Origin: Hypanus sabinus
Taxonomy: Eukaryota
Direction: 5' to 3'
Assembly: GCF_030144855.1 (NCBI RefSeq)
Contig: NC_082731.1
Coordinates: forward strand, 26,722,001-26,786,000
Length of the DNA stretch: 64,000 nucleotides
Position 1 is the first letter of the stretch. Every line of letters starts with the position of its first letter. Below the pieces are notes generated by a model. That model did no database searches. It was not told the origin of the DNA and worked only from the letters and a program-made list of their open reading frames with translations. Of the stretch, positions 37,462 through 48,369 are shown in pieces. The position numbers were made by a program, and so were the translations under genes.

Positions 37462-40400
37462 TGTTATGAGTGATGAACGGACCTGATGGAAAACGGGGTG
37501 CAGAGTTAACATTCCCCCCCCCCCCCGGTGGGTGGGGGCTTCGGAGACCGAATCAGGAGATCAGTCACTAAAGCACACAGTGTGACGGCAGGGCTGGTGG
37601 GGACTTGTATGTGTGTTTCCACTCATGCCAGAGTGACGAGTCCACCACAGAAGAATGGTCTAGCTGAAGAACAGAGGGGTCATAGCTGAATGACCACAAT
37701 GGCACGACGGATTAAGAAAGCAACAGAAGGTTTGCCTGCTGCCGCTGCTAAATCTCTTGCTCTCTCTCTCTCTCTCTCTCTCTCCAACGATTACAACACA
37801 ACAACCATAACTACCTCAGCACGCATGAACGGAACTGAAGTTTATACTCTTCTATGACAATTCATTTACCCCTAGGCATCGATAGGGCTTGTTTATTATT
37901 GCTTATTATTATTCCTACACTTTTAGGTTTATTACTGTTAACTTGTATTATATGTATATTTGCATTATTGGTATTGCTTTGCTTATTTTACTAACAAACA
38001 CCTTTGAATATAGTACCACCAGACTCCAACGAATACTTCTATTTCTGCTGGTCTGACACCCAGTTACGGGGTATGTAACAAATTGGGGGCTCGTCCGGGA
38101 TTTGATGACCACATTTGGTGGGGGGGGGGGCAGTGAATCGGGATAGAAGTCCCTTACTTGATCTGCTTGTGTGGATAACAAGACTGGAAACCAGCAGAGA
38201 TGGAGATTGACACATTTTTTAAAGACCCGACTTCGGGGGCATTAGAGGTTGCCAGGAAGGCAGAATTGGTGAGTGTTGCGAAATGATTAAATCTCTCGGC
38301 GGTGAAACCGACGATGATAAAGTTGGATATACAGACAGCAATAGCTGTGCATTATGTATCCGTGGGTGTGTTCCCATCGGATGTATTGCACCTGTTCCCT
38401 GAGAGGAACACCAGCCGAGGGTGAGGTTCAGTTACAGATAGAGAAATTAAGGTTGGCTGAGGAGAAGGAGAAAAGGGAGCGTGAACTCCAGATAAGGCAG
38501 CTGGAGGCAGAAAGGGAGAAGGAAGAAGCTGAAAGGCAGAGAGAAGAAGCTGATAAGCAGAGGGAAGAAAGGGAGAAAGAGAGGCAGTTTGAGCTGGATA
38601 TGGAGAGTTAAAGGCATAGCAGGGAAGAGACCAGGCAGCAGACCCAAATAAGGGGTTCAAGATTGGTCAGGAGATTAGGTTGGTACCTCCATTCGAGGAG
38701 ATGGATGTTGATAAGTACTTCCTCCATTTTGAGGAAGTGAATCATCGTGGATTCTGTGGGTCCTTTGCCTAGAACTGCGAGTGGGTGGCAGTAGGTCATG
38801 ACCACGATGTGTGCTGCTACTCGATTCCTGGAGGCCATGCCCTGGGGAACATTAGGACTCCTGCGGTGTTAAAGGCCTTCATTAAATTCTTCACCACGGT
38901 GGGGTTACCTAGAGAGATACAGTCAGATCAGGGGAGTACCTTTATGTCCTGTGCATTTCAGCAAATGTTGACTCAGATGGGAGTTAAACAAATTCTAGCC
39001 TCTGCATACCACCCAGAATCTCAAGGAGCATTGGAAAGATTCCACGCAACTTTAAAGACCATGATTAAAACTTACTGTCAGGAAAACACTCGCGACTGGG
39101 ATGATGCATTACCACTTCTGTTATTTGCAGTGAGGGACACGGTTCAGGAATCTCTGGGGTTAAGTCCATTTGAGCTCGTTTTTGGTTACAGGCCCAGAGG
39201 ACCTTTAACTTTACTCAAAGAGAAATAGTCTAGTCTGAATGTGCAAGTCAATGTGATTGACTATGTTTTGAAGTTCCGTGAAAGGCTCCACAAGGTATGC
39301 GACCTGGAAGAGCAAAATCTTAAAGACTCCCAGACTAAAATGAAACAATGGCATGATAAACGAGCCCAAGAGCAAGAATTTCAAGTGGGCGATAATGTTT
39401 TGCTCCTGTTCCCTGTAGTTACCAACTCCCTACAGGTGAGATTTAAAGGGCCGTACAAAGCGATCAAGAAAATAGACTCTCTAAATTGTGTGGTTGAAAC
39501 TCCTGATAGATGAAAGCCGAGCCAGTTAGTTCACATTAACATGCTGAAAGGTTATCATGACGCGACCCCCACAGTGGTTGGTGCTGTCACGAAAACTGAT
39601 GAGGCAGAAAGGATCGATAAGGAGGGGCCCGAACGTTTTGAAAAGATAAGCATAGTACCCATCAAACTAGAGAACTCCGTTATTTTGGCCACTTTGCTGA
39701 TAACGTCAGTCATTTGGAGCCTGAACAAAGAGAGCAGCTGACACAGCTAATTAGCCGGCATGCAGATTTATGCCCAGATACTCCCAGGAGGTGCAAAACA
39801 ACAGAGCATGATGTTATTGTTACCTCAGCCCAGCCTATTAAACAATCCCCTTAACGGATGAATTTGGAAAAGAGCAAGATAGTGGAAAAAGAAATTGAGC
39901 ATATGCTAGCTGCTGGTATTATTCATGAATCTTCCTCTGCATGGGCATCTCCATGCGTGGTTGTACCGATGCCTGACGGTAGTATAAGATTCTGTGCAGA
40001 ATACAGAAAGGTGAATCCCATCACACAAACAGATGTTTACCCTACCCCTAGGGTGGATGATTGTATTGATAAAGTGGGTAAAGCTAGATACATCACCAAG
40101 ATTGACCTGCTAAAGGGATACTGGTGTGTTCCTTTAACTGACAGGGCTCGAAAAATTTCAGCATTTGTCACACCATCAGGGTTCTATGAATACAATGTTT
40201 TGTCATTTGGGATGAAAAACGCTCCAGGGACATTTCAGAGAATGATTGACGCAGTGATTAAAGGGTTAACAAACATAAAGGCTTACATTGATGATGTAGT
40301 GGTCTGGAGTGATACATGGGACAAGCACCTTGAGGCTGTGGAGAAGCTATTTAAACGAATGTCTGCAGTCCATCTCACTGTGAACCTCACAAACAGTGAG

Positions 40401-42151
40401 TTTGGCCAAACCACGATCACGTACCTGGGGCATGTGGTAGGACAGGGGCAGTTGGCTGCTGTGCAGGCTAAAGTAGAGGCTATTTCCGAGGTTCCTGTCC
40501 CAACAAATAAGAGGGCATTCAGAAGGTTTATTGGGCATGGTGGGGTACTTTCGAAAATTTTGTAAGAACTTTGAGGACATTGCCCTCCTGCTTCCAAAGC
40601 TCCTACAGAAGGATGACAAATTTGAGTGGAGCAGTCCTTCCCAGGAAGCTTTTGAGAAGTTGAAAACCATACTGTGCCACCACCCTGTGTTGAAAGCACC
40701 TAATCTCTCGAAACCTTTCTCCCCTGTGACTGATTCAAGTGACGAGGCTGCAGGGGTAGTCCTATTGCAGAAAGCTGGGGATGGAGTTAAACACCCAGTG
40801 GCGTATTTCTCTCGAAAGTTCAATGTGCATCAGAGAAATTACTGCACTGTGGAAAAAGAATTGCTGGCACATATCCTGGCGATACAGCATTTTGAGGTCT
40901 ACATTTGTTCAGCACAGAGACCATTAATTGTTTATACTGATCACAACCTCTTGGTATTCTTGACTAACATGAAGAATAAAAATAGGCGGTTATTAAGTTG
41001 GAGTCTGCTGTTACAAGAAATCGATATTAAAATATAACATGTAAAGGGGATTGATAATGTAATTGCTGATTGTTTATCCAGATGTTAATTTGAAAGTGTG
41101 TCTGTATTATTCTTGTAGTTAAGACCACTTCTGTATTTTGTTAAACTCTGTAATTCAGTAATGTGCTTAATTAGTTAATTTTCACCCTGGTGAAAATTCT
41201 CGGAAGGATGGGGGTGTTATGAGTGATGAACAGACCCGATGAAAAATGGGGTGCAGAGTTAACCATTCCCCACCCCCCGAGAACTATGAACAATTACTGT
41301 TGCTATGCTGCGAATGAGAGAGAGAGAGATGAAGGACAGAGGCAGGAACATCTGCTACAGAATAGAGGGAGAGAGAGAGAGACTGTTGATTTATTATATT
41401 TTGGCTCTTCCCGTATTATTTACCTTTCGCTGCAAGGACATCATTTTGCTCATTAGCATTCCTCAGAAGACAGCAGGAGTGGCCTGATTTGATGGACACA
41501 GTCATTTAGAGTTGGTGGATGGCTGAGACCCTGTTAGTAGGGATAAAAGACAGGTCTGGGGAGACACCACTCAGACACACCAGTGGACACTGACCGAGTG
41601 TTGTGAACCCACAGGAAGGTGGGGGCTTCGGAGACCGAATCAGGAGATCGGTCAGTAAAGCTCACAGTGTGTCGGCAGGGCTGGTGGGGACTTGTGTGTG
41701 TGTCCACTTATGCCAGAGTGACGAGTCCACCACAGACGAATGGTCTAGCTGAAGAACAGAGGGGTCATAGCTGAATGATCACAATGACACGACGGATTAA
41801 GAAAGCAACAGAAGGTTTGCATGCTGCCGCTGCTAAATCTCTTGCTCACTCTCTCTCCAACGATTACAAAACAACAACCATAACTACCTTAGCACCCATG
41901 AACTGAACTGAACTTTGTACTCTTCTATGACAATTCATTTACCCCTAGATATCGATAGACCTTGTTTATTATTACATTATTATTCCTACACTTTCAGGTT
42001 TATTATTGCTAACTTGTGTTATATGTATATTTGCATTATTGGTATTGTTTTGCTTATTTTACTAATAAACAACTTAGAATATAGTACCACCAGACTCCAA
42101 TGGATACTTCTATTTCTGCTGGTCTGACACCCAGTTACGGGGTACGTAACA
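37462..42151 (+). mobile_element. Gmr1-like Gypsy LTR retrotransposon, internally deleted, order integrase-RT-RNase H
   Basis: LTRs 37462-38080 and 41215-42151 (TGTTA...TAACA); exact tRNA-Pro PBS TGGGGGCTCGTCCGGGAT at 38084-38101; integrase 38785-39228 (IQSDQGS...SAYHPESQGALERFH); RT 39858-40565 (YIDDVVV); RNase H 40531-41037 (TDSS...YTDHN); PPT ggaaggatggggg; flanks GTGA/GTGG. Confidence 0.93.
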
Positions 42152-42221
42152 GTGGAAAGTACAGTTCTGTCTGGATCACTGTTCCTCTGGGTCTTTATAA
42201 AAACACCCACCAAACTGACAG

Positions 42222-42976
42222 CAGGGTGCTGGGGTGGAGGGGAACTGGATATGGGTTGGTCACAGCGTGCTGGGGTGAAGAGGGGAACTGGATCTGGGTG
42301 GGTCACAGGGTGCTGTGGTGGAGGGGAACTGGATCTGGGTGGGTCACAGGGTGCTGGGTGAAGAGGTGAACTGGATCTGGGTAGTTCACAGGGTGCTGGG
42401 GTGAAGAGGGGAACTGGATCTGGGTGGGTCACAGGGTGCTGGGGTGAAGAAGGGAACTGGAGCTGGGTGGGTCACAGGGTGCTGGGGTGAAGAGGGGAAC
42501 TGGATCTGGGTGGGTCACAGGGTGCTGGGGTGAAGAGGGGAACTGGATCTGGGTGGGTCATAGGGTGCTGGGGTGAAGAGGGTAAGTGGATCTGGGTGGG
42601 TCACAGGGTGCTTGGGTGGAGGGGAACTGGATCTGGGTGTGTCATAGGGTGCTGGGGTGAAGAGGGGAACTGGATCTGGGTGGGTCAGAGTGCTGGGGTG
42701 AAGAGGAGATCTGGATCTGGGTGGGTCACAGGGTGCTGGGGTGAAGAGGGGAACTGGATCTGGGTGGGTCACAGGGTGCTGGGGTAAAGGGGGATCTGGA
42801 TTGGTGGGTCACAGGGTGCTGGGGTGAAGAGGGAAACTGGATCTGGGTGGGTCACAGGGTGCTGGGGTGAAGAGGGGAACTGGATCTGGGTGGGTCACAG
42901 TGTGCTGGGGTAAAGGGGGGATCTGGATTGGTGGGTCACAGGGTGCTGGGGTGAAGAGGGGAACTGGATCTGGGTG
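42222..42976 (+). repeat. G-rich 43-bp minisatellite, about 17.5 copies
   Basis: Unit cacagggtgctggggtgaagaggggaactggatctgggtgggt; measured periods 41-43. Confidence 0.95.
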
Positions 42977-45217
42977 AATCAACTCAGAAGAAATTTGCAA
43001 TGAAATGACACTTGAGTATTTGTACAAAATGATTGATGTTGAATCAGTAGATCAGGGAGACTCTGATTTTAGTCTGTGTTGTAGTAAGTGGATACAACAT
43101 CGGGTAGTATGAACAACAGATGGACAATTTTATTTATTCATCTTTTGGGATCTGGGCTTTGCCGATAAAGTCTGAATGAATTACACATCTGAGCTGCCAT
43201 TCAGAGGGCATTTGGAGACAAACACATTGATGGGTCAGGAGTCATAAATAGGCTCGAAGGGTAAGGATGGTAAGGATGAGAGATCTCCTTTCCTGAGGAA
43301 CATCAGTAAAACTGAAGGATCATCATTACTAGTGACTAGATTAAAAAAAACAATTATTAAGATGTTGGAAATCAAACTGCAGATCCAAATCTGTTGCAGA
43401 TTATGGTGAACAGAGTTTAAATTTGTCCGTTTTGTTGTGTGGTATCTGTGGACTGTTCGTCCACCCCTCTGCTCTATTCATCTGCTTTGATGTACTGCCC
43501 TGTTTCCCATCACTCCGAATCCAACCTTGTGCCTGTCCATTGAATCACTGTTTCCACGCTGTCCTGTACAATATTTCTCCTTCAATAACATCACCAGAAC
43601 AGACTGTCTGATAGTTCTCCCCTTGCCGTTTGTGGATTCTGCTGTGTGCAGAGTGGCTCCACATTCCCGACTCTACAAAAGGGCTGGACTTTGAAACTAC
43701 TTCATTGCCTGTGAAGAGCTCGGGGACACCATGAAAGGTGTCTGTAAATGTCAGCACTTTATCTCACAAACACGTTCACTGAATCACCAGCAGCACTTGT
43801 TAATGTAGGAAACACTGTCGGGGGATGGAGGAGGGCAAGAAATTAGAGCAGTTGCTCTGTCTGTAAACTGAGAATAAGCAGTTCATTTGAACAGTAAAGT
43901 TCCACTCGGGTCCGGAGTGAGTGTGTGATGGGACAGGTTGGGGTAAGCTTCACTCTGTGTCTAACCTCTGCTGCCTCTGCCCTGGGAGGGATGAGACAGT
44001 GCAGAAGATTCTTTGTCTCTAATCCGTGGCTGCCAGGACACTACATGAGAGCTGTAATCTGCATTTAACTCATGCTCTGTGTAGTCTGGGGTGCTTGTTG
44101 GAATCCCTTTGAGGAAGAATTTCCCAGATTTAGAAGATAAATACTGATTCCATTGAATGACAGAGCAGAGAGTAAGGCCATTCATCCGATAGTGTCTGTG
44201 CTTCCCTTTAGCTGAGCAAACCCAATAAACCCATTGGTCTCTCTGCTCTTCCCTGAATCCCTACAAAAGGCGGATCTCCTCCTGTTCCCTCTCTACACTC
44301 ACTGTTGGCCACCACCATCATTCAGGCTGTGTGTTCCAGATCACAAACCTTCATCAACAAACCTTCCCTTAAATGCTCCCCTATTACACATTATTGACTT
44401 GAACGCTTCCCTCCCCACCCCACCTGCACCACTCCCCCGTCCCCCACCCACCAATGCAAGGCTGCCCGGAATGTGTGAAGGAATTGTGATTTCAATTCCC
44501 TACCTTACCCTCCTGCACCACTTCCCCACTGCCTTCCCAACTACAAAATTCTTCCCCACCAAAGCCCACCTCCTCACCCATCAGGAAATAAAACTAAAAC
44601 CTCAATCCTATCAATTAATCCTGGGATATCGCCGATACTTTTGCTGTATCAGGGGACGGACCTCACGCCGGACATTACATGATGGGACTGACACCCACCC
44701 GTACCCTGGGGATATTGAGCCATCAACCAGATCATTCGTGTGTAACCATTCGCTCAGATTATGTCTCAATCCCATTACCTTCAACATGAAAGCAGCCGAC
44801 AGTAAAACCCGATCCCAATAACTTGACACTGAACAGATCCATTGTTGTCACTGACAGGGAACGAGTTCAACTGCAGTGAAACGCTCAGCCCCTGAACGTG
44901 GCTTCAGTTGGTGCTGAGGATCAGAAGCCAGACTTGAACCAAACACTGAGCTCAATCAGCACAACCGGCCGGTGTCAAGGCACAGTCTGGTGCCAAGAAC
45001 CGACCCCATTCCCCTGAGCCTGTTCCCGGTCTGTGGACAGTTCACTGGTGGGGTGGGGTATGTACCCTTGTACTGTTACTGGGCTCTAGAGAAACCCGCC
45101 GGTTCGGGGAGATTCACGTACTTGCTCTAAATATCTCACTGATATCAGGTCAATCAGTAAAACCGTAAATAAATGAAATATTCGTACGTGGAGATACAAT
45201 CGAGAAGTTGGTTTTAG

Positions 45218-45268
45218 CTGAAGTCACTGTCAGCGAGGTTCCTCCACCCCAGCAAGCAAGACCATTAT
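45218..45268 (-). pseudogene. IGHJ: Ig heavy-type J segment (pseudo)
   Basis: Minus strand reads NGLACWGGGTSLTVTS(g), a WGxGT motif. The expected splice donor reads CT instead of GT. Confidence 0.9.
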
Positions 45269-45296
45269 CACGGTGCTTCACCGCAGGTCGCAAACC
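45269..45296 (-). other. J recombination signal, 12-bp spacer
   Basis: On +: heptamer CACGGTG (45269-45275), 12 nt, nonamer TCGCAAACC (45288-45296, 6/9 match to ACAAAAACC). No nonamer at 22/23 spacing. Confidence 0.7.
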
Positions 45297-45631
45297 ACCT
45301 TCATCACATTCAACCCGAAATCGAGTGGATCTCAGAGCCGGCCGGCAGATTTATTAAACCCTCCCTCTGTGTCCGGGTGTCCCACTCAGCGGGTCTCAAT
45401 CTCGGCCATCCCAGTCCTGAAGTGGAGATGATATAACCCACCGGGACCTTTCACTGGGCTTCCACTGACAGCTCCTCCTCGGTGGTCCCATTCCCTTCCA
45501 GACACTTCTCCAGTGGAACTTGTTCCCACTCCCAGATTATCGACTTGAGATCTGATTTATATCCACGGGTCCCGGGATAAAATCCGGTGGAAACGTCCAA
45601 AGATCCCATTTTTGAGAGTTTTGTTGCGATA

Positions 45632-45670
45632 GATTTGTGTGTGGAGAGAGCCGGCATCTCTCACACTGTG
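45632..45670 (-). other. V recombination signal, 23-bp spacer
   Basis: Minus strand: CACAGTG (45670-45664), 23 nt, ACACAAATC (45640-45632). Confidence 0.9.
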
Positions 45671-45896
45671 CCATTCAGGATTGCCTTGCACAGTAATAGG
45701 TGTCCGTGTCGTCCAGTCGCAGGTTGTTCATTTGCAGATAAAAGTTACCGCTGTCCTTGGAAGCGGTGAACCGGCTCTGGACTCCAGGCGCGTAATTCCT
45801 GTCACTGTCACTCTTATATGATTCCAGCCACTCCAGCCCTTTCCCGGAGACCTGCTTCACTCTGTGCATGTAGGAGTCGCTGAGGCTGAACCCACT
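45671..45896 (-). pseudogene. IGHV: Ig heavy-chain-type V segment (IgW/IgM-like), 5'-truncated pseudogene
   Basis: SGFSLSDSYMHRVKQVSGKGLEWLESYKSDSDRNYAPGVQSRFTASKDSGNFYLQMNNLRLDDTDTYYCAR. The conserved FR2 Trp is Arg, and leader and FR1 are replaced by a Penelope insertion. Confidence 0.93.
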
Positions 45897-45897
45897 G

Positions 45898-46540
45898 AAA
45901 AAGTGGCGTGAGGTGGGAGAGAAGCACATGGTGACATGTGAAATCGGGACGGGGAGGGATATAGTAAAGAGCTGGGAAGTTGATTGGTGAGAGAGACTGG
46001 CCATGGAAGAAAGAAAAGGGGAGAAGAGCACCAGGGGAGGCGATGGACGGGCGAGGAGATAAGGTGAGAGGGAGAAAAGCGATTGGGAAACGGTAAAGGA
46101 AGGGGAAGGCAATTACCAATGAAATCAATGTTCATGCCATCAGGTTGGAGTCTACCCAGATGGATATAACGTGTTCTTCCTCCATCCTAATTGTCTCCTC
46201 ATCACGATAATAGAAGAGGCCATGTACAGACATATCGGAATGTGAATGGAAAGTGGAATTAAAATAGGTGGCCACTGGGAAATCCCGCTTTTTCTGGCAG
46301 ACGGTGCTTAAGAACTCGGCGAACTGCTCTTCAAATCTACTTCGGGTCTCATCGATATACAGGAGGCTACACCACAGCACCAGACATAGTACACGACCCC
46401 AATAGGCTCACAGGTGAAGTGTCACCTCACCTGGAAGGACTATTTGGGGGCCTGAATGATAGTGAGGTAGGAGGGGTAGGGGCTGGTGTAGCACTTGTTC
46501 CGTTTGCAAGGCTAAGTGCTAAGAGGGAGATCAGTGGGAC
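45898..46540 (-). mobile_element. Penelope-like GIY-YIG/3' fragment that truncates the V
   Basis: LLYIDETRSRF...HGLFYYRDEETIRMEEEH on minus. Confidence 0.8.
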
Positions 46541-46698
46541 GCCCACAGCAGCGATTTCTATTCTCCAAAAGATTTTTGTCTCTGCACCACGCAGCAGGTC
46601 AGTGTAGTGACCAGATCCGGATTAAAGATCTGTCACACTCTGCTCGATTCATCAATTTCGGAGATGAACTGTTTTTATAAACTGAAACGCAGAATCCC

Positions 46699-46985
46699 AG
46701 AGAGGGAGACTGAGAGACACCAGTCAATGGACAGATATCCCTCTGAGAGACAGAGACTGAGAGTCACCAGACAGTGGACAGATATCCCCCTGAGAGACAG
46801 GGACTGAGAGACACCAGTCAGTGGACAGATATCCCCCAGAGATAGAGACTGAGAGACACCAGTCAGTGGACAGATATCCCCCTGAGAGACACAGACTGAG
46901 AGACAACAGTCAGTGGACAGATATCCCACTGAGAGACACAGACTGAGATACACCAGTCAGTGGACAGATATCCCCCGAGAGACAG
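46699..46985 (+). repeat. 47-bp minisatellite, about 6 copies
   Basis: Unit gagagacagagactgagagacaccagtcagtggacagatatccccct; measured periods 47,47,45,47,47. Confidence 0.95.
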
Positions 46986-47014
46986 GGCCTAAGAAGCACG
47001 GAGAGATACTAGTC

Positions 47015-47400
47015 AGTCCATCAACCACAAGACCAGAAGATACAGGAGCAGAATTATGCCATTTGGCCCATCATTTCATCATGTCTGATCCAATTTTCCT
47101 CTCAACCCTAATCTCCTACCTTCTCCCCATATCCCTTCATGCCCTGACCAATCAAGAATTTATCAACCTCTGTCCTAAATATACACAAAGACATGGCTTC
47201 TACAGCTGACTGTGGCAAAGAATTCCACAGATTCATCACTCTCTGGCTAATGAAATGCCTCCTCACCTCTGTTGTAAAAAGACGTCACTCTATTTTGAGG
47301 CTGTGTCCTCTGGTCTTAGACGTTTCCACCGTGGGTAACACAGCCATTCTATCAAGACTTTTCACCATCTGACTGGCTTCAAGTAGGTCTCCCATCATTC
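47015..47400 (-). mobile_element. CR1 3' end
   Basis: caagaccagaagatacaggagcagaatt... same tail type as at 1922. Confidence 0.7.
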
Positions 47401-47412
47401 TTCTGAATTGTA

Positions 47413-48310
47413 CAGTGGTAGAAGAGAGTTCGTGAAACCTGTAGAATTTTCTCTATCTCTGCATAAATGTTACCTAAAATGCGATCAGATCTTCGTGCAA
47501 GTCCTAAAATGAGATTGTCATAAGGGGGGGGGGGCGGGCATTGAGACTGGACCCAAATGCAGGACGCAGACACTGAAGTACTAGGGACAGGATGGGACAA
47601 AACTAAAGGACAGGACAGGTCGCAGTCTGGGCTGGGAAGCCGTTCCGGAACGAGGGACTGGAAACAAGGAGCCTGGGGTGGACTCTGCGCTCGAGACTGT
47701 ACAGAACCTGGGCCTTGACTCGGGCTCAGACCTCCAAACCAGGCAAAGATGTGACAAGGCCTGGGTTCTACGACTTGGAGACTTGGGTTCCTGGAGTTCT
47801 TGGAGACCTGGAGACCTGGAGGCTAGGTAGTTCGAGGCTTGAGTTCTTGGTTCTTGGAGCTCGTCTCCTGCGGGTCTCCTGGGCAGGACGCGGGGCACAA
47901 CCCAACAGAGACGAGGAACAGGAAGGGACAGAACCAACCATAGGGTAACGGCAAATGGCCTGGCTTACCCGACGGAGGCGAGGGACAGGAAGGGAGCTCG
48001 GTCTGGTGTGGCTCCAAGACTTGAGGTGGCCGGTAACCTCAGCAGGCTATGGAACAGCCAAATCCATAATTCACTGACTGTATAAGCGGAGACTGACGAG
48101 ACAACACCCCCAACCACACTCAATCACAAGGCCACTTATATTCCCAGCCAACAAGATGAGCATCAGATGCAAATGCTTGAGTCCAGCTGAAACAAGGGAC
48201 AGTTGGAGGACCCGGACTGGACCGTGAATCAGAATGCAGACTTTGGACCAGACCATGACAGAGATAAAAGAACCCAATTAAATAAATAACACAAAAAACA
48301 TTGTACTTGT
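47413..48310 (+). mobile_element. Tc1-like left end with a nested solo LTR
   Basis: TA followed by CAGTGGTAGAAGAGAGTTCGTGAAACCTG; the Tc1 sequence resumes after 48265. Confidence 0.6.
47516..48260. mobile_element. Solo LTR, 745 bp
   Basis: TGTCAT...ATGACA termini; exact 5-bp TSD GAGAT (47511-47515, 48261-48265). Confidence 0.85.
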
Positions 48311-48369
48311 TATGTTGCTTCTTTCCTTAACAAGGATAATCAGTATAATCCAGGAGTTTATAAATTGAT

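Noticed and set aside
42222-46985. CRISPR-like appearance of the two tandem arrays
   Set aside because: Head-to-tail units with no unique spacers, in eukaryotic context.
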